Source: Verrucomicrobiia bacterium
GTDB lineage: Bacteria; Verrucomicrobiota; Verrucomicrobiia; Palsa-1439
Length of the DNA stretch: 48,953 nucleotides
Direction of reading: 5' to 3'
NCBI GenBank assembly: GCA_049511095.1
Contig: JBEKYJ010000002.1
Coordinates: 1 to 48,953 of the forward strand
Position numbers and translations under genes: made by a program. Below are positions 1 through 8,628 of the stretch, one piece after another (the stretch's first letter is position 1; each line of letters opens with the position of its first letter). The notes beneath the pieces are model-generated. The model did no database searches. It saw only the letters and a list, made by a program, of their open reading frames with translations, and was not told the DNA's origin.

Positions 1-629
1 CGCACCGCCTCCTCGGTGTAGCTGGGACATATTTCCACCGTGTCGCCGCGCACGCGGAAGTTGCCGCGGGTGAATTCGACGTCGTTGCGGTTGTACTGCA
101 TGTCCACGAGCTTGCGCAGGAGATCGTCGCGCGACATTTCGTTGCCAACCGTCACGAGTGCCATCATTTCAAAGTAATCTTCGGGCGAACCCAACCCGTA
201 GATGCACGAGACGCTGGCGACAACGAGCACGTCTCGGCGCGACAACAGCGAACTCGTGGCCGAGAGCCGCAGTTTTTCGATCTGCTCGTTGATGCTCGCG
301 TCCTTCTCGATGTACGTGTCGGTCTGGGGAATGTACGCCTCGGGCTGGTAATAGTCGTAGTAGCTGACAAAATACTCGACGGCGTTCTTGGGAAAGAACT
401 GCTTGAACTCGCTGAACAATTGCGCGGCGAGCGTCTTGTTATGCGAAATGACCAACGTTGGTCGATCCAACTGTTGGATGACGTTCGCCATCGTGAACGT
501 CTTGCCGCTGCCGGTCACGCCCAGCAACGTCTGATAGCGATTGCCGGCCAAGAGCGATTCAGTCAACGCCTTGATCGCCTGCGGCTGGTCCCCCCGCGGC
601 TTGTATTTGCTGACAAGTTGAAACGACAT
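1..629 (-). CDS. uvrB: Excinuclease ABC subunit B, 5' part (runs off window)
   Basis: Not in the ORF track. Manual translation from ATG at 629 gives [19 protein letters not shown]...[17 protein letters not shown]...HNKTLAAQL...[15 protein letters not shown], the Walker A and UvrB signature motifs. Confidence 0.97.
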   Translation of the reverse strand, partial: MSFQLVSKYKPRGDQPQAIKALTESLLAGNRYQTLLGVTGSGKTFTMANVIQQLDRPTLVISHNKTLAAQLFSEFKQFFPKNAVEYFVSYYDYYQPEAYIPQTDTYIEKDASINEQIEKLRLSATSSLLSRRDVLVVASVSCIYGLGSPEDYFEMMALVTVGNEMSRDDLLRKLVDMQYNRNDVEFTRGNFRVRGDTVEICPSYTEEAV

Positions 630-755
630 ACGGCCTGCATTGTAGCCCCGAACTTCGTTCGGGGCTAGTCTCTTGCCATGCACCTAACCGCGGCGAGAAC
701 GAATCCCGTTGACCGGGCGATGCCCCAACATTAGGCTGACGTCAAAGAGTTCGGC

Positions 756-1190
756 ATGCTAAACGCCCTGTCCATTGTCGGTTACTTCGGGATGGTCGGC
801 GGGTTTGCCGCCCTGTTGCTTACGCGGAATCTTTTCTCAACTTCTCCGTTTGTCGTTTCGGTGCAGGCCGTTGCACTTCTGCTTCTTCTCTGGGCGCGGG
901 CTGCGTTCGGCCGGCGCAGTTTTCATGTGGCGGCCAATCCGACCGAAGGGGGCTTGGTCACCGGCGGTCCGTATCGATACGTCCGTCACCCGATCTATAC
1001 AGCGCTCTGTCTCTTCACCCTCCCGGGAGTAATCGCGCACCAATCTTGGAAGACCAACCTCTGTGGTGCGCTGGTTTTGGGCTGCGCCGTGATACGGATT
1101 TCCTGCGAAGAGATTCTGATTGCAGCGCGCTATCCCGAGTACCGGCAATATGCTTCTACGACATGGCGCATGATTCCCTACATCTTTTGA
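756..1190 (+). CDS. Isoprenylcysteine carboxyl methyltransferase / PEMT-family membrane protein
   Basis: Hydrophobic 144 aa with LVTGGPYRYVRHPIY, EE...YP.Y..Y and C-terminal RMIPYIF motifs. Confidence 0.85.
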   Translation: MLNALSIVGYFGMVGGFAALLLTRNLFSTSPFVVSVQAVALLLLLWARAAFGRRSFHVAANPTEGGLVTGGPYRYVRHPIYTALCLFTLPGVIAHQSWKTNLCGALVLGCAVIRISCEEILIAARYPEYRQYASTTWRMIPYIF

Positions 1191-1218
1191 ATCTCCAGAC
1201 ACATGTTGGAGTCGCAAA

Positions 1219-1992
1219 TCACATCGTCTCGCCCAACCAATCCACCGTCTCGGTGAGAACGCGCATTTCCCAGATGTGCTTGTTGAAGGTGTGGTCGGCG
1301 CCGGGGATGATCACTTTCTTGACCACGCGTTTATGGGCCTGCAGAGTGCGTTCGTAGGCATCGGCGTGATCGGCTGGAACGGTCTCGTCTTTCGAACCGT
1401 GAACGATCAGCACGGGGCAATTTGACTTCACCACTTCGCGCAGCGGTTTCATGTCGGCGAATTGCCGCACGAACGCCACGCCCACCAGATTGCCTTCATG
1501 GTCGGTGAGGCCCGTCTCCGCCAGCGAGGAAACCGCGTCGGGTGTGGACAAGTCATCGAGGATGCCCGCGCCTTCGGCGACTGGCGCCCAGAGCACCAGC
1601 GATTTGACGCGGGACTTCTCGCGCGCCACGACGTGCGCCGCGATCGTGCCGCCCATGCTCATGCCGATCAGGGCCAGACAGCGCGAGTTGATGCGTTTGT
1701 GATTCGCTAGGAACTTGATCGCCTCCAGCGCGTCGGCCACCTCGGAGCGGATTGTCAACTCCTCGGACTCCCCCGCGCTATCGCCTGAACCACGGAAGTC
1801 AAACCGCAAACTGGCGATGCCGTGGTCGGCAAGTTGTCGCGACAGTTTGACAAACATGCGATGGTTTTCGGTCTTGTTGGCCACGAAGCCGTGCAGCAAC
1901 AGCGCGGCGGGAAAACGTCCCGGACCCTCAGGCAAATGCAGCATGCCGACGACCTGCTGGCCCTTGGAATCAAAGACGATGGGTGTTTCCAT
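1219..1992 (-). CDS. Alpha/beta hydrolase (esterase / S9-like)
   Basis: LLLHGF, RFDFRGSGDS, nucleophile GMSMGG, VHGSKDETV, GADH. Start moved to ATG 1992 (METPIVF), just behind a consensus promoter. Confidence 0.9.
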   Translation of the reverse strand: METPIVFDSKGQQVVGMLHLPEGPGRFPAALLLHGFVANKTENHRMFVKLSRQLADHGIASLRFDFRGSGDSAGESEELTIRSEVADALEAIKFLANHKRINSRCLALIGMSMGGTIAAHVVAREKSRVKSLVLWAPVAEGAGILDDLSTPDAVSSLAETGLTDHEGNLVGVAFVRQFADMKPLREVVKSNCPVLIVHGSKDETVPADHADAYERTLQAHKRVVKKVIIPGADHTFNKHIWEMRVLTETVDWLGETM

Positions 1993-2001
1993 GCGGCGCG
2001 C

Positions 2002-2052
2002 ATAGTAGAAGCCGCCAAAGTCGTTGTCAACGCGGCGCTCCACCGGTACAGT
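2002..2052. promoter_or_regulatory. Back-to-back sigma70 promoters sharing one -35 heptamer
   Basis: Minus strand: TTGACA(2030-2025)-17-TACTAT(2007-2002). Plus strand: TTGTCA(2024-2029)-17-TACAGT(2047-2052). Confidence 0.7.
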
Positions 2053-2060
2053 GAGCCGCC

Positions 2061-2864
2061 ATGTCCATTCAGTGCGACTATCACATGCACACGCCGTTGT
2101 GCAAACACGCGGCGGGACCGATGGAGGACTACGTTCAGCGCGGGATTGATCTCGGACTGCGCGAGATCGGGTTCGCCGACCACAATCCACTGCCCGGCGG
2201 CCGCAGCGCCAACGTGCGCATGGACGAAACCGAACTCGACTACTACGTCGAGCGTGTCACCGAACTGCGCTTTCGCTATCGCGGCAAGATCGACGTGATG
2301 CTCGGCCTGGAGATGGATTACGTCGAAGGCCTCGAAGATTACCTGACGCAGCAGCTTGCCCGGTATCCGTGGGATTACGTCATCGGCTCCATCCACTTCC
2401 TCGACAAGGATTGCCGCACACCCTCCTGGCCGCGAAACTACGACGGCGACCCGCACACACTTTACACCCGCTACTTCGATTTGATGCGACGGATGGTGCG
2501 TAGCGGCCTGTGCGACATCGTCGCGCACTTTGATGTGGCGAAACGCTCGGGGTTCATGCCCGGCGAGCGCGAAGCCGAGGACGTCACCCGCACGTTGCAG
2601 GAAATCAAGACGGCGGGCATCAGCATGGAAATCAACACCTCGGGCTACCGCCATCCCGAACTTTCCGAGCCGCAACCGTACCCGACATTGCTGGTGGCGG
2701 AGCAGGCCTTGACGCTCGGCATCCCGCTCACCGTGAACTCCGACGCGCACACGCCCGATCAAGTCGGGTTGAAGTTCGCGGAGATCGAACAGTTTCTGAA
2801 GCGGAAGGGCTGCCGCCAGTTGGCGCAGTTCGACCGGCGAAAGCGGGAAATGTACAACTTGTAG
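2061..2864 (+). CDS. PHP-family histidinol-phosphatase (HisJ/HisK type)
   Basis: DYHMHT, DH, GLEMDY, DYVIGSIH, AHFD, EINTSG, NSDAH motifs. Confidence 0.88.
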   Translation: MSIQCDYHMHTPLCKHAAGPMEDYVQRGIDLGLREIGFADHNPLPGGRSANVRMDETELDYYVERVTELRFRYRGKIDVMLGLEMDYVEGLEDYLTQQLARYPWDYVIGSIHFLDKDCRTPSWPRNYDGDPHTLYTRYFDLMRRMVRSGLCDIVAHFDVAKRSGFMPGEREAEDVTRTLQEIKTAGISMEINTSGYRHPELSEPQPYPTLLVAEQALTLGIPLTVNSDAHTPDQVGLKFAEIEQFLKRKGCRQLAQFDRRKREMYNL

Positions 2865-2880
2865 GACGCGAGGAGCGCCC

Positions 2881-3363
2881 CTACGACGAGATTGCGGCGC
2901 GATTCTTTTCCGCGGCGCTGGTATTGCGCCACGACAGGAGGATGTACAACCCCACGCCGATGCAAATCGCGCTGTCGGCCACGTTGAACGCAGGCCAGTG
3001 GTGTTCGCCCACGTAAAACGAGAGAAAGTCGATCACGGAACCGATGCGGATGCGATCGATGAGGTTGCCGATGATTCCGCCCGCGATAAGACCCAACGCC
3101 AGCCGCGGACCCGGACGGTTTAACTGGAAGGAATGCCGGAACAGATAGAGCGCGAGCACGGTCAGCAGCGAGACCGCCGTCAGCACAAAATTATAATCGC
3201 GAAAGATCCCCCAGGCGGCGCCGGTGTTGCGCCAGTTCACGAGACTGAAGAAGCCGCTGATGACCACGTGGGTTTCTTCCGGACGAATGGAGCACACGAC
3301 AAGCCATTTGCTGAACTGATCGAGCGCAACAATCGTGACGGCGATGAGTGCGACCCATTGCAT
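2881..3363 (-). CDS. lspA: Lipoprotein signal peptidase II
   Basis: LDQFSK, NTGAAWG, GNLIDR, VIDF, WPAFNVADSAI; lies downstream of ileS. Confidence 0.96.
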   Translation of the reverse strand: MQWVALIAVTIVALDQFSKWLVVCSIRPEETHVVISGFFSLVNWRNTGAAWGIFRDYNFVLTAVSLLTVLALYLFRHSFQLNRPGPRLALGLIAGGIIGNLIDRIRIGSVIDFLSFYVGEHHWPAFNVADSAICIGVGLYILLSWRNTSAAEKNRAAISS

Positions 3364-3378
3364 CGGGCGCCTCGCCGG

Positions 3379-4026
3379 CTACTCCTCCGCCTCCTCCGCT
3401 TCGCCGCCTTCTTCGTCCGCAGTCTCGGTGAACGTTGGTCCCTGGGGCACGGGACGACGGCGGTCCTTCTCGATTGTGGACTGACAGTTCACGCACAGCC
3501 GTGCAAACGGCACGGCGTCCAGCCGCGCCTTCACGATCGACTTCTCGCAGTTGCCGCAGATGCCGTAGGTGCTCTGGTCGATCCGCTTCAACGCCTCCTC
3601 AATCTCGTACAGCGCTTCCTGCTCGTTCGAAACAAGACTCAGCGCGAACTCACGGTCGAAACTGTCAGTTCCCGCGTCCGCCATGTGCAGGCCGTAGCCG
3701 CTCAATTCACCCGAGGCATCCCGTTGCGACCGCTTGAGATTGTCGGTCGCCAGGAAATTCACGCCGTCAATGAGATGATCGCGCAAATCGAGTAGCAGCT
3801 TCTTGTACTTGGTTACGTCCTCTTTGGAAAGTTTCAGGGTCTTCGGGGGGCGGTCCGGCTGTGCTTCCACCACCGTCTTCACATGCTTCTTCTTCACTTC
3901 CAGTCGCGGCGCCTTCAGTTTCAGCGCGGCTTTGGCCTTACCGGCCGTCTTGGCTGTCCCCATGGTCCCCTTCCCTGAAACGGCTTTCGGCTTATCCAAT
4001 CTGGCTTTCTTGACCTGCTTCTTCAT
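3379..4026 (-). CDS. TraR/DksA-family C4 zinc-finger regulator with Lys-rich N-terminus
   Basis: HMADAGTD, EIEEALKRI...YGICGNC...RLDAVPFARLCVNCQ. Start probably ATG 4026 (alternative 4038). Confidence 0.88.
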   Translation of the reverse strand: MKKQVKKARLDKPKAVSGKGTMGTAKTAGKAKAALKLKAPRLEVKKKHVKTVVEAQPDRPPKTLKLSKEDVTKYKKLLLDLRDHLIDGVNFLATDNLKRSQRDASGELSGYGLHMADAGTDSFDREFALSLVSNEQEALYEIEEALKRIDQSTYGICGNCEKSIVKARLDAVPFARLCVNCQSTIEKDRRRPVPQGPTFTETADEEGGEAEEAEE

Positions 4027-4052
4027 AAATACGTCCATCCCTACCGCATATT

Positions 4053-6812
4053 CTACGCCAAAGCTCTGACCACTTCCGCGCACCGCCCGCACAACCCCGG
4101 ATGCGCCGGATCCCTGCCCACATCCTCCGTCCAGCGCCAACAACGTACGCACTTCTTCCCCGCCGCCGGGCTTACTCGGACGCGCAACTCACTCCCTGTC
4201 GGTCGCGCGACCCGAACCTGCGACACAATCAACACCGTTTCCAGTGTCGGCCCGAGCTTCTCAAGCAACTCGCGCGTCGCCTCGTTGTCCGGCTCAATTT
4301 CCACCTGCGCTTCCAGCGATTTGCCAATCGTCTTGGCCTGCCGCGCCTTCTCCAGCTCCAGCGACGCCACGCGGCGCACGTCCAACAAACGCTCCCAGCG
4401 CTTTTCCAGTTCCATCTCGCGCCGCTTCGCGTCGGCCACGGGAAACTTCGCCAGATGCACCGACTCCGTCTCGCGGCCCGGCAGGAAGCTCCACACTTCG
4501 TCCGCCGTAAACGGCATCACGGGCGCGATCAACTTCGCCAAAGTCGCCACCGTGTCGAAAATCGCCGTCTGCGCCGAGCGCCGTTCCGCCGAATTGGCCG
4601 CAAGCGTATACAACGGGTCTTTCATTACGTCAACGTAAAATGACGAGATTTCCACCGCGCAAAACGCGTTCACCAAATGGTACACGCGATGGAACTCCAG
4701 GTTCTCGTACGCCTCCGTCAAATCCGCCACCAGCGCCTGCAAACGCGACAGCAACCAGCGGTCGATCTCCGCCAGTTTCTCGTGCGGCACGCCGTGCTTC
4801 GCCGGGTCAAAATCATGGAGGTTCGCCAGCAGGATGCGCAATGTGTTGCGAATCTTGCGATACGTCTCCGAGATGCGTTCGAAAATCTCCTCCGAGAGCG
4901 GCACGTCGGCCTGATAGTCTTCCGAGATGACCCACAACCGCAGCACGTCCGCCCCGAAACGCTTCACGTAGTCCTCGGAATTCGCCGGCTTGCCCGCCGA
5001 CTTCGAAATCTTCTGTTTCTTGCCGGTCTCCTCGGCCTGCATCACAAGGAACCCGTGCGTCGCCACGCTTCTATACGGCGCGCGCTTCTCCGTCGCCATC
5101 GCCGTGAGCAGGGATGATTGAAACCAGCCGCGATGCTGGTCGCTCCCCTCAAAATAAACGTCCGCGGGATACGCCAGTTCCGGCCGCGTTCTCAACACGG
5201 CCCGATGGCTCACGCCCGACTCAAACCACACGTCCACGATATCGGGGCTTTTCTCCAGATTCTTCGAGCCGCACGACGGGCATTTCACGTCGCCAAACAA
5301 CTCCGCCACGTCGCGCTCAAACCAGATATCGACGCCCTCCTTCACCACCTTCTCGCGGAACTTTAAGATGAGCGAGCGGTCGAGTATCGACTTCTCACAA
5401 TCGCGGCATTCCAGAAAGGGCAACGGCACGCCCCAGGCCCGTTGCCGCGAAATGCACCAATCGCGCCGCTGTTCGATCGTGCCCGTGATGCGGTTCTCAC
5501 CCCACTTCGGCACCCACTTCACCTTGCGCACTTCGTCGAGCGCGTTCTTCCGCAGGTCGCGATGGTCGAGCGCGATGAACCACTGCTCCATCGCCCGGAA
5601 GATGATCGGGTTCTTGCACCGCCAGCAATGCGGATACGAATGCTTCACCTCGGCGTGTCCCGCCAGCGCGTCAATCGCCCGCAAGTGCTCGACGATGGAC
5701 TTGTTCGCCTTGAAAACGTATTGCCCCGCGAACTGGCCCGCGTCTTTCGTGAACACTCCCCCGTCATCCACCGGCGCGAGCGTTTCGAGTCCGTACTTCT
5801 GGCCGATCTCGTAGTCTTCTGCGCCGTGGCCGGGTGCCGTGTGAACCAACCCCGTGCCCTGCTCCAACGTCACGTAGGGCGACAACACAACGGGGGAATC
5901 ACGGTCCATAAACGGATGCCGGGTAATCAGCCCTTCCAGTTCGCTGCCGGGAAGCTTCTGTTGCACGGCCAACTCGACGCCGCACGCCTGCGCGACCTGC
6001 CCGACGAGTCCCTCGGCGAGAATCCACGTCTCACCAGTCGTTGTCTTCGCGCGCACATACGTCAAATCGGGCTTGACCGCGATCGCGAGGTTCGCGGGCA
6101 GCGTCCACGGCGTCGTGGTCCAGATGACCGCGAATTCCCTGTCGCGGCCTTTCACGGGAAACTTCACGTACACGCTGGGTGAAGCATGGTCGGCGTATTC
6201 GACCTCCGCCTCCGCCAGCGCCGTGCGGCACGTCGCGCACCAGTACACAGGCTTCTTGCCGCGGTAGACGAAGCCGTCGCCCACCATGTCGGCCAGCGCC
6301 CCGATGATTTCCGCTTCATACGTCGGGCTCATCGTGAGGTAGGGATGCTCCCAGTCGCCAAACACGCCGAGCCGCTTGAATTGCTGGCGTTGGATGCCGA
6401 CGTATTTCTCGGCAGTCGCCCGGCAGATTCTGCGAAGCTCCGACTGCGAAATTGTTTTCGCTTTGTCGCCGAGGTCCTTCTTCACCTTGTACTCGATGGG
6501 CTGGCCGTGGCAGTCCCACCCCGGCACGTACGGCGCGCGAAACCCGCGCATCGTCTTGTATTTGACGACCACGTCCTTGAGGATTTTGTTGAGCGCCGTG
6601 CCGATGTGCACGTCGCCGTTGGCGAACGGCGGGCCATCGTGCAGGACGAAAAGCGGCCCTTCGTGCCGTAACGTCTGGATCTTTTCGTAAAGCTTGGCCT
6701 GCTCCCAACGCGCCAGCATCTCCGGCTCCCGCTGCGGCAGGTTGGCCTTCATCGGGAAGTCCGTCTGCGGAAGATTCAGCGTCTCTTTGTAATTGGCCTG
6801 CGGTTCCGACAT
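4053..6812 (-). CDS. ileS: Isoleucine--tRNA ligase (type 1, C-terminal Zn finger)
   Basis: HDGPPFANG, GWDCHG, WTTTPWTLPAN, DWCISRQRAWG, EGSDQHRGWF, KCVRCW...LCGRC. Confidence 0.98.
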   Translation of the reverse strand: MSEPQANYKETLNLPQTDFPMKANLPQREPEMLARWEQAKLYEKIQTLRHEGPLFVLHDGPPFANGDVHIGTALNKILKDVVVKYKTMRGFRAPYVPGWDCHGQPIEYKVKKDLGDKAKTISQSELRRICRATAEKYVGIQRQQFKRLGVFGDWEHPYLTMSPTYEAEIIGALADMVGDGFVYRGKKPVYWCATCRTALAEAEVEYADHASPSVYVKFPVKGRDREFAVIWTTTPWTLPANLAIAVKPDLTYVRAKTTTGETWILAEGLVGQVAQACGVELAVQQKLPGSELEGLITRHPFMDRDSPVVLSPYVTLEQGTGLVHTAPGHGAEDYEIGQKYGLETLAPVDDGGVFTKDAGQFAGQYVFKANKSIVEHLRAIDALAGHAEVKHSYPHCWRCKNPIIFRAMEQWFIALDHRDLRKNALDEVRKVKWVPKWGENRITGTIEQRRDWCISRQRAWGVPLPFLECRDCEKSILDRSLILKFREKVVKEGVDIWFERDVAELFGDVKCPSCGSKNLEKSPDIVDVWFESGVSHRAVLRTRPELAYPADVYFEGSDQHRGWFQSSLLTAMATEKRAPYRSVATHGFLVMQAEETGKKQKISKSAGKPANSEDYVKRFGADVLRLWVISEDYQADVPLSEEIFERISETYRKIRNTLRILLANLHDFDPAKHGVPHEKLAEIDRWLLSRLQALVADLTEAYENLEFHRVYHLVNAFCAVEISSFYVDVMKDPLYTLAANSAERRSAQTAIFDTVATLAKLIAPVMPFTADEVWSFLPGRETESVHLAKFPVADAKRREMELEKRWERLLDVRRVASLELEKARQAKTIGKSLEAQVEIEPDNEATRELLEKLGPTLETVLIVSQVRVARPTGSELRVRVSPAAGKKCVRCWRWTEDVGRDPAHPGLCGRCAEVVRALA

Positions 6813-6836
6813 GATTGCCTTGTCAAAAAGCGGGCA

Positions 6837-6865
6837 AAAGTATCACGCATGCCCGGGGGTGTCAA
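6837..6865 (-). promoter_or_regulatory. Putative ileS sigma70 promoter
   Basis: TTGACA-17 nt-TACTTT about 25 nt upstream of the ileS ATG. Confidence 0.55.
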
Positions 6866-7197
6866 CGGCACGCCAATTGATGTTGTAGCCACGCCGCCTG
6901 CTCGCGTGCCGTTTACGGAGCTCTGCCGGCGTGTTCGTCCGCCGTTTGCTTCCGTCCGTGATTGTAGGGCGCGATGCCTGTCGTGTAGGTATCGCGCCGT
7001 TTCGAACCCATCCGTCGCCCCACCATGTAGCCACGGCTTGCCCCGCCTTCCCCCCAACGCTCCAACATTCACCACGTTTTACGTGGCTCCAGCACTCCAA
7101 CACTCCCCCCTGTCTTCTGCCCTTTTTGGCTTCCTTTGTACATAAAACCACCCTCCCGGAGCGGTATTTTGGTACTTTTTTCCCCATTTTTTCCTCT

Positions 7198-7288
7198 TTT
7201 TTGCAAAACGAACCCAACTCTGTTTTTTTCATAACTGTTTCATGTCGCGACACATACGCATTTTTCAGTTGGGTTCGTTTGGTAAAAA
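7198..7288. repeat. 22-bp imperfect inverted repeat (tttttgcaaaacgaacccaact / agttgggttcgtttggtaaaaa) with 47-nt spacer, copy 1
   Basis: Read directly; the same arms and spacer length occur at 28095-28185. Confidence 0.9.
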
Positions 7289-7552
7289 AGTACTTTATAT
7301 AGAGAACTCCCCTGCCAACCGACCCCAAAGATGTAGTAGCGGCCTGCTCGCGTGTTGTGTACGGAGCCGTCTCGGCCGCCCTGCAGACGCGCTTCTGTGA
7401 GCCGAGTCCGGTGCCTGGTGTAGCCACGGCTCTGCGAGCCGTGCTGGGTTCACCGGCAAGTCGTCATAGCGTGGGAAGCCGAGCGGGCGCGAGCGACCGC
7501 AACCGAACCGGCCGTCCAGCCTTCGTAGCCGACGACACGCCCAACCCGTCCT

Positions 7553-7623
7553 TTTTCAAAGAACTGTCAGTCATTATACCCGCCTGGCAACACCGTGTCC
7601 AGCAAAAATATCAATTTTCGATA
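7553..7623 (-). promoter_or_regulatory. sigma70 promoter with upstream palindrome and downstream boxA-like motif, copy 1
   Basis: TGGACA(7601-7596)-17-TATAAT(7578-7573), then GTTCTTTGAAAA (7564-7553). Conserved at 28335-28404. Confidence 0.65.
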
Positions 7624-8289
7624 GCCGAGTCCGACCAGACGCCGCACGCCGTACTCCCGCGGCAATCGCCGCCATCCCCTCCTCGGAGGGGAACAAGGGG
7701 TGGGTGCGCCCGCATTCGTTACCCTCGGTACCTTGTAGCCACGCCGCCTGCTCGCGTGCCGTTTACGGAGCTCTGTCGGCGTGTTTGCCTGCCGTCGTCC
7801 CCCCCCTGTAGCGGCGGTCTACGACCGTCGAGCCTGTTGCAGCCGCGCTCGCCAACCGCGGGCCGTTTCTGATGTAGCGTGGGAAGCCGAGTCCTCGAGA
7901 CGCCGCAACTCCTTTCCCGCGGCAATCCCCAGCCCATCCGGGTAGTCGTTGTAGGGCGGGATGCCTGTCGTTTAGGTATCCCGCCGCTGTCGTTGGCATG
8001 GCGCGCCTGCTCGCGAATCCTTTTCGGGGCCCGACCGCGCACTCCGGCCGACCGAAGGTCTCCTCTGTCGCCGTGCCAACCCTGCCCCGCTACGCCGAGC
8101 AATGAGACGCCGCCCGCCGATTTCCCGACCGCCTCGCACGACTGATTTGCCGAACGCCATGGCGAAGCAGAATCGGCATTGACTGTGCGTGGGGAAACCC
8201 TACCATTGCGTCCGCGATGCGGAACGGAACGCAACGCGGCGACAGATTCGGAGTACGCATGACGGCGGCTGGTGCGCCGCGCCAGCCAA

Positions 8290-8580
8290 CGCTCCAACTC
8301 AAAGGCTGGACGGCGGCCGAGACCACGGCCTTTGTCGCCGCGCGCGGGAATTTCGGCACCGTCGAGCAGGCGCAATCAGCCGCCAAAGGCGGGGCGAAAG
8401 TGACCACCACCGCGAAGAATGCGGACCCCGCCGACCTGCAATGGCCGGCGACCGACCCCGGCAACGCCGGCCTCCGCGACCAATTCCGGCTGAACACCTT
8501 TCCACCCGCCGGTGGCAACAGCGCACCGCCGACCCTGCAGCAATTCGAAGCGTCGTTGTACACCACAACCATCAACCCCA
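8290..8580 (+). pseudogene. Probable C-terminal remnant of an unknown protein gene
   Basis: Frame of ORF 8217-8705 has GC3-rich coding-like codons (LQLKGWTAAETTAF...LYTTTINP) but no convincing start. Confidence 0.35.
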
Positions 8581-8628
8581 AACACTCTCAAATTCGCCGC
8601 TTGATTCACGGCGGGCACTACACCCTTT

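Larger units (their letters stand above)
6881..8100 (+). repeat. Mosaic repeat region A: GTAG-headed hairpins plus a conserved non-coding core shared with 27.8-29.1 kb
   Basis: GTAG-headed units at 6885, 6964, 7027, 7336, 7420, 7735, 7808, 7874 and 7951. A ~50-nt unit gtagccacgccgcctgctcgcgtgccgtttacggagctctg recurs at 6885 and 7735, and interrupted at 28955. Confidence 0.85.

Noticed and set aside
6813-6880. T-box upstream of ileS
   Set aside because: The promoter lies ~25 nt from the ATG and no T-box consensus is present.
7553-7601. rRNA operon leader
   Set aside because: Promoter and boxA-like motif fit, but no 16S/23S/5S sequence follows.
6776-8160. Overlapping ORFs in repeat region A (and 27817-29185 in region B), including LQNEPNS...FFSWVRLVK peptides
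   Set aside because: They are translations of DNA repeats: conservation is at nucleotide and palindrome level, with no codon bias or RBS.
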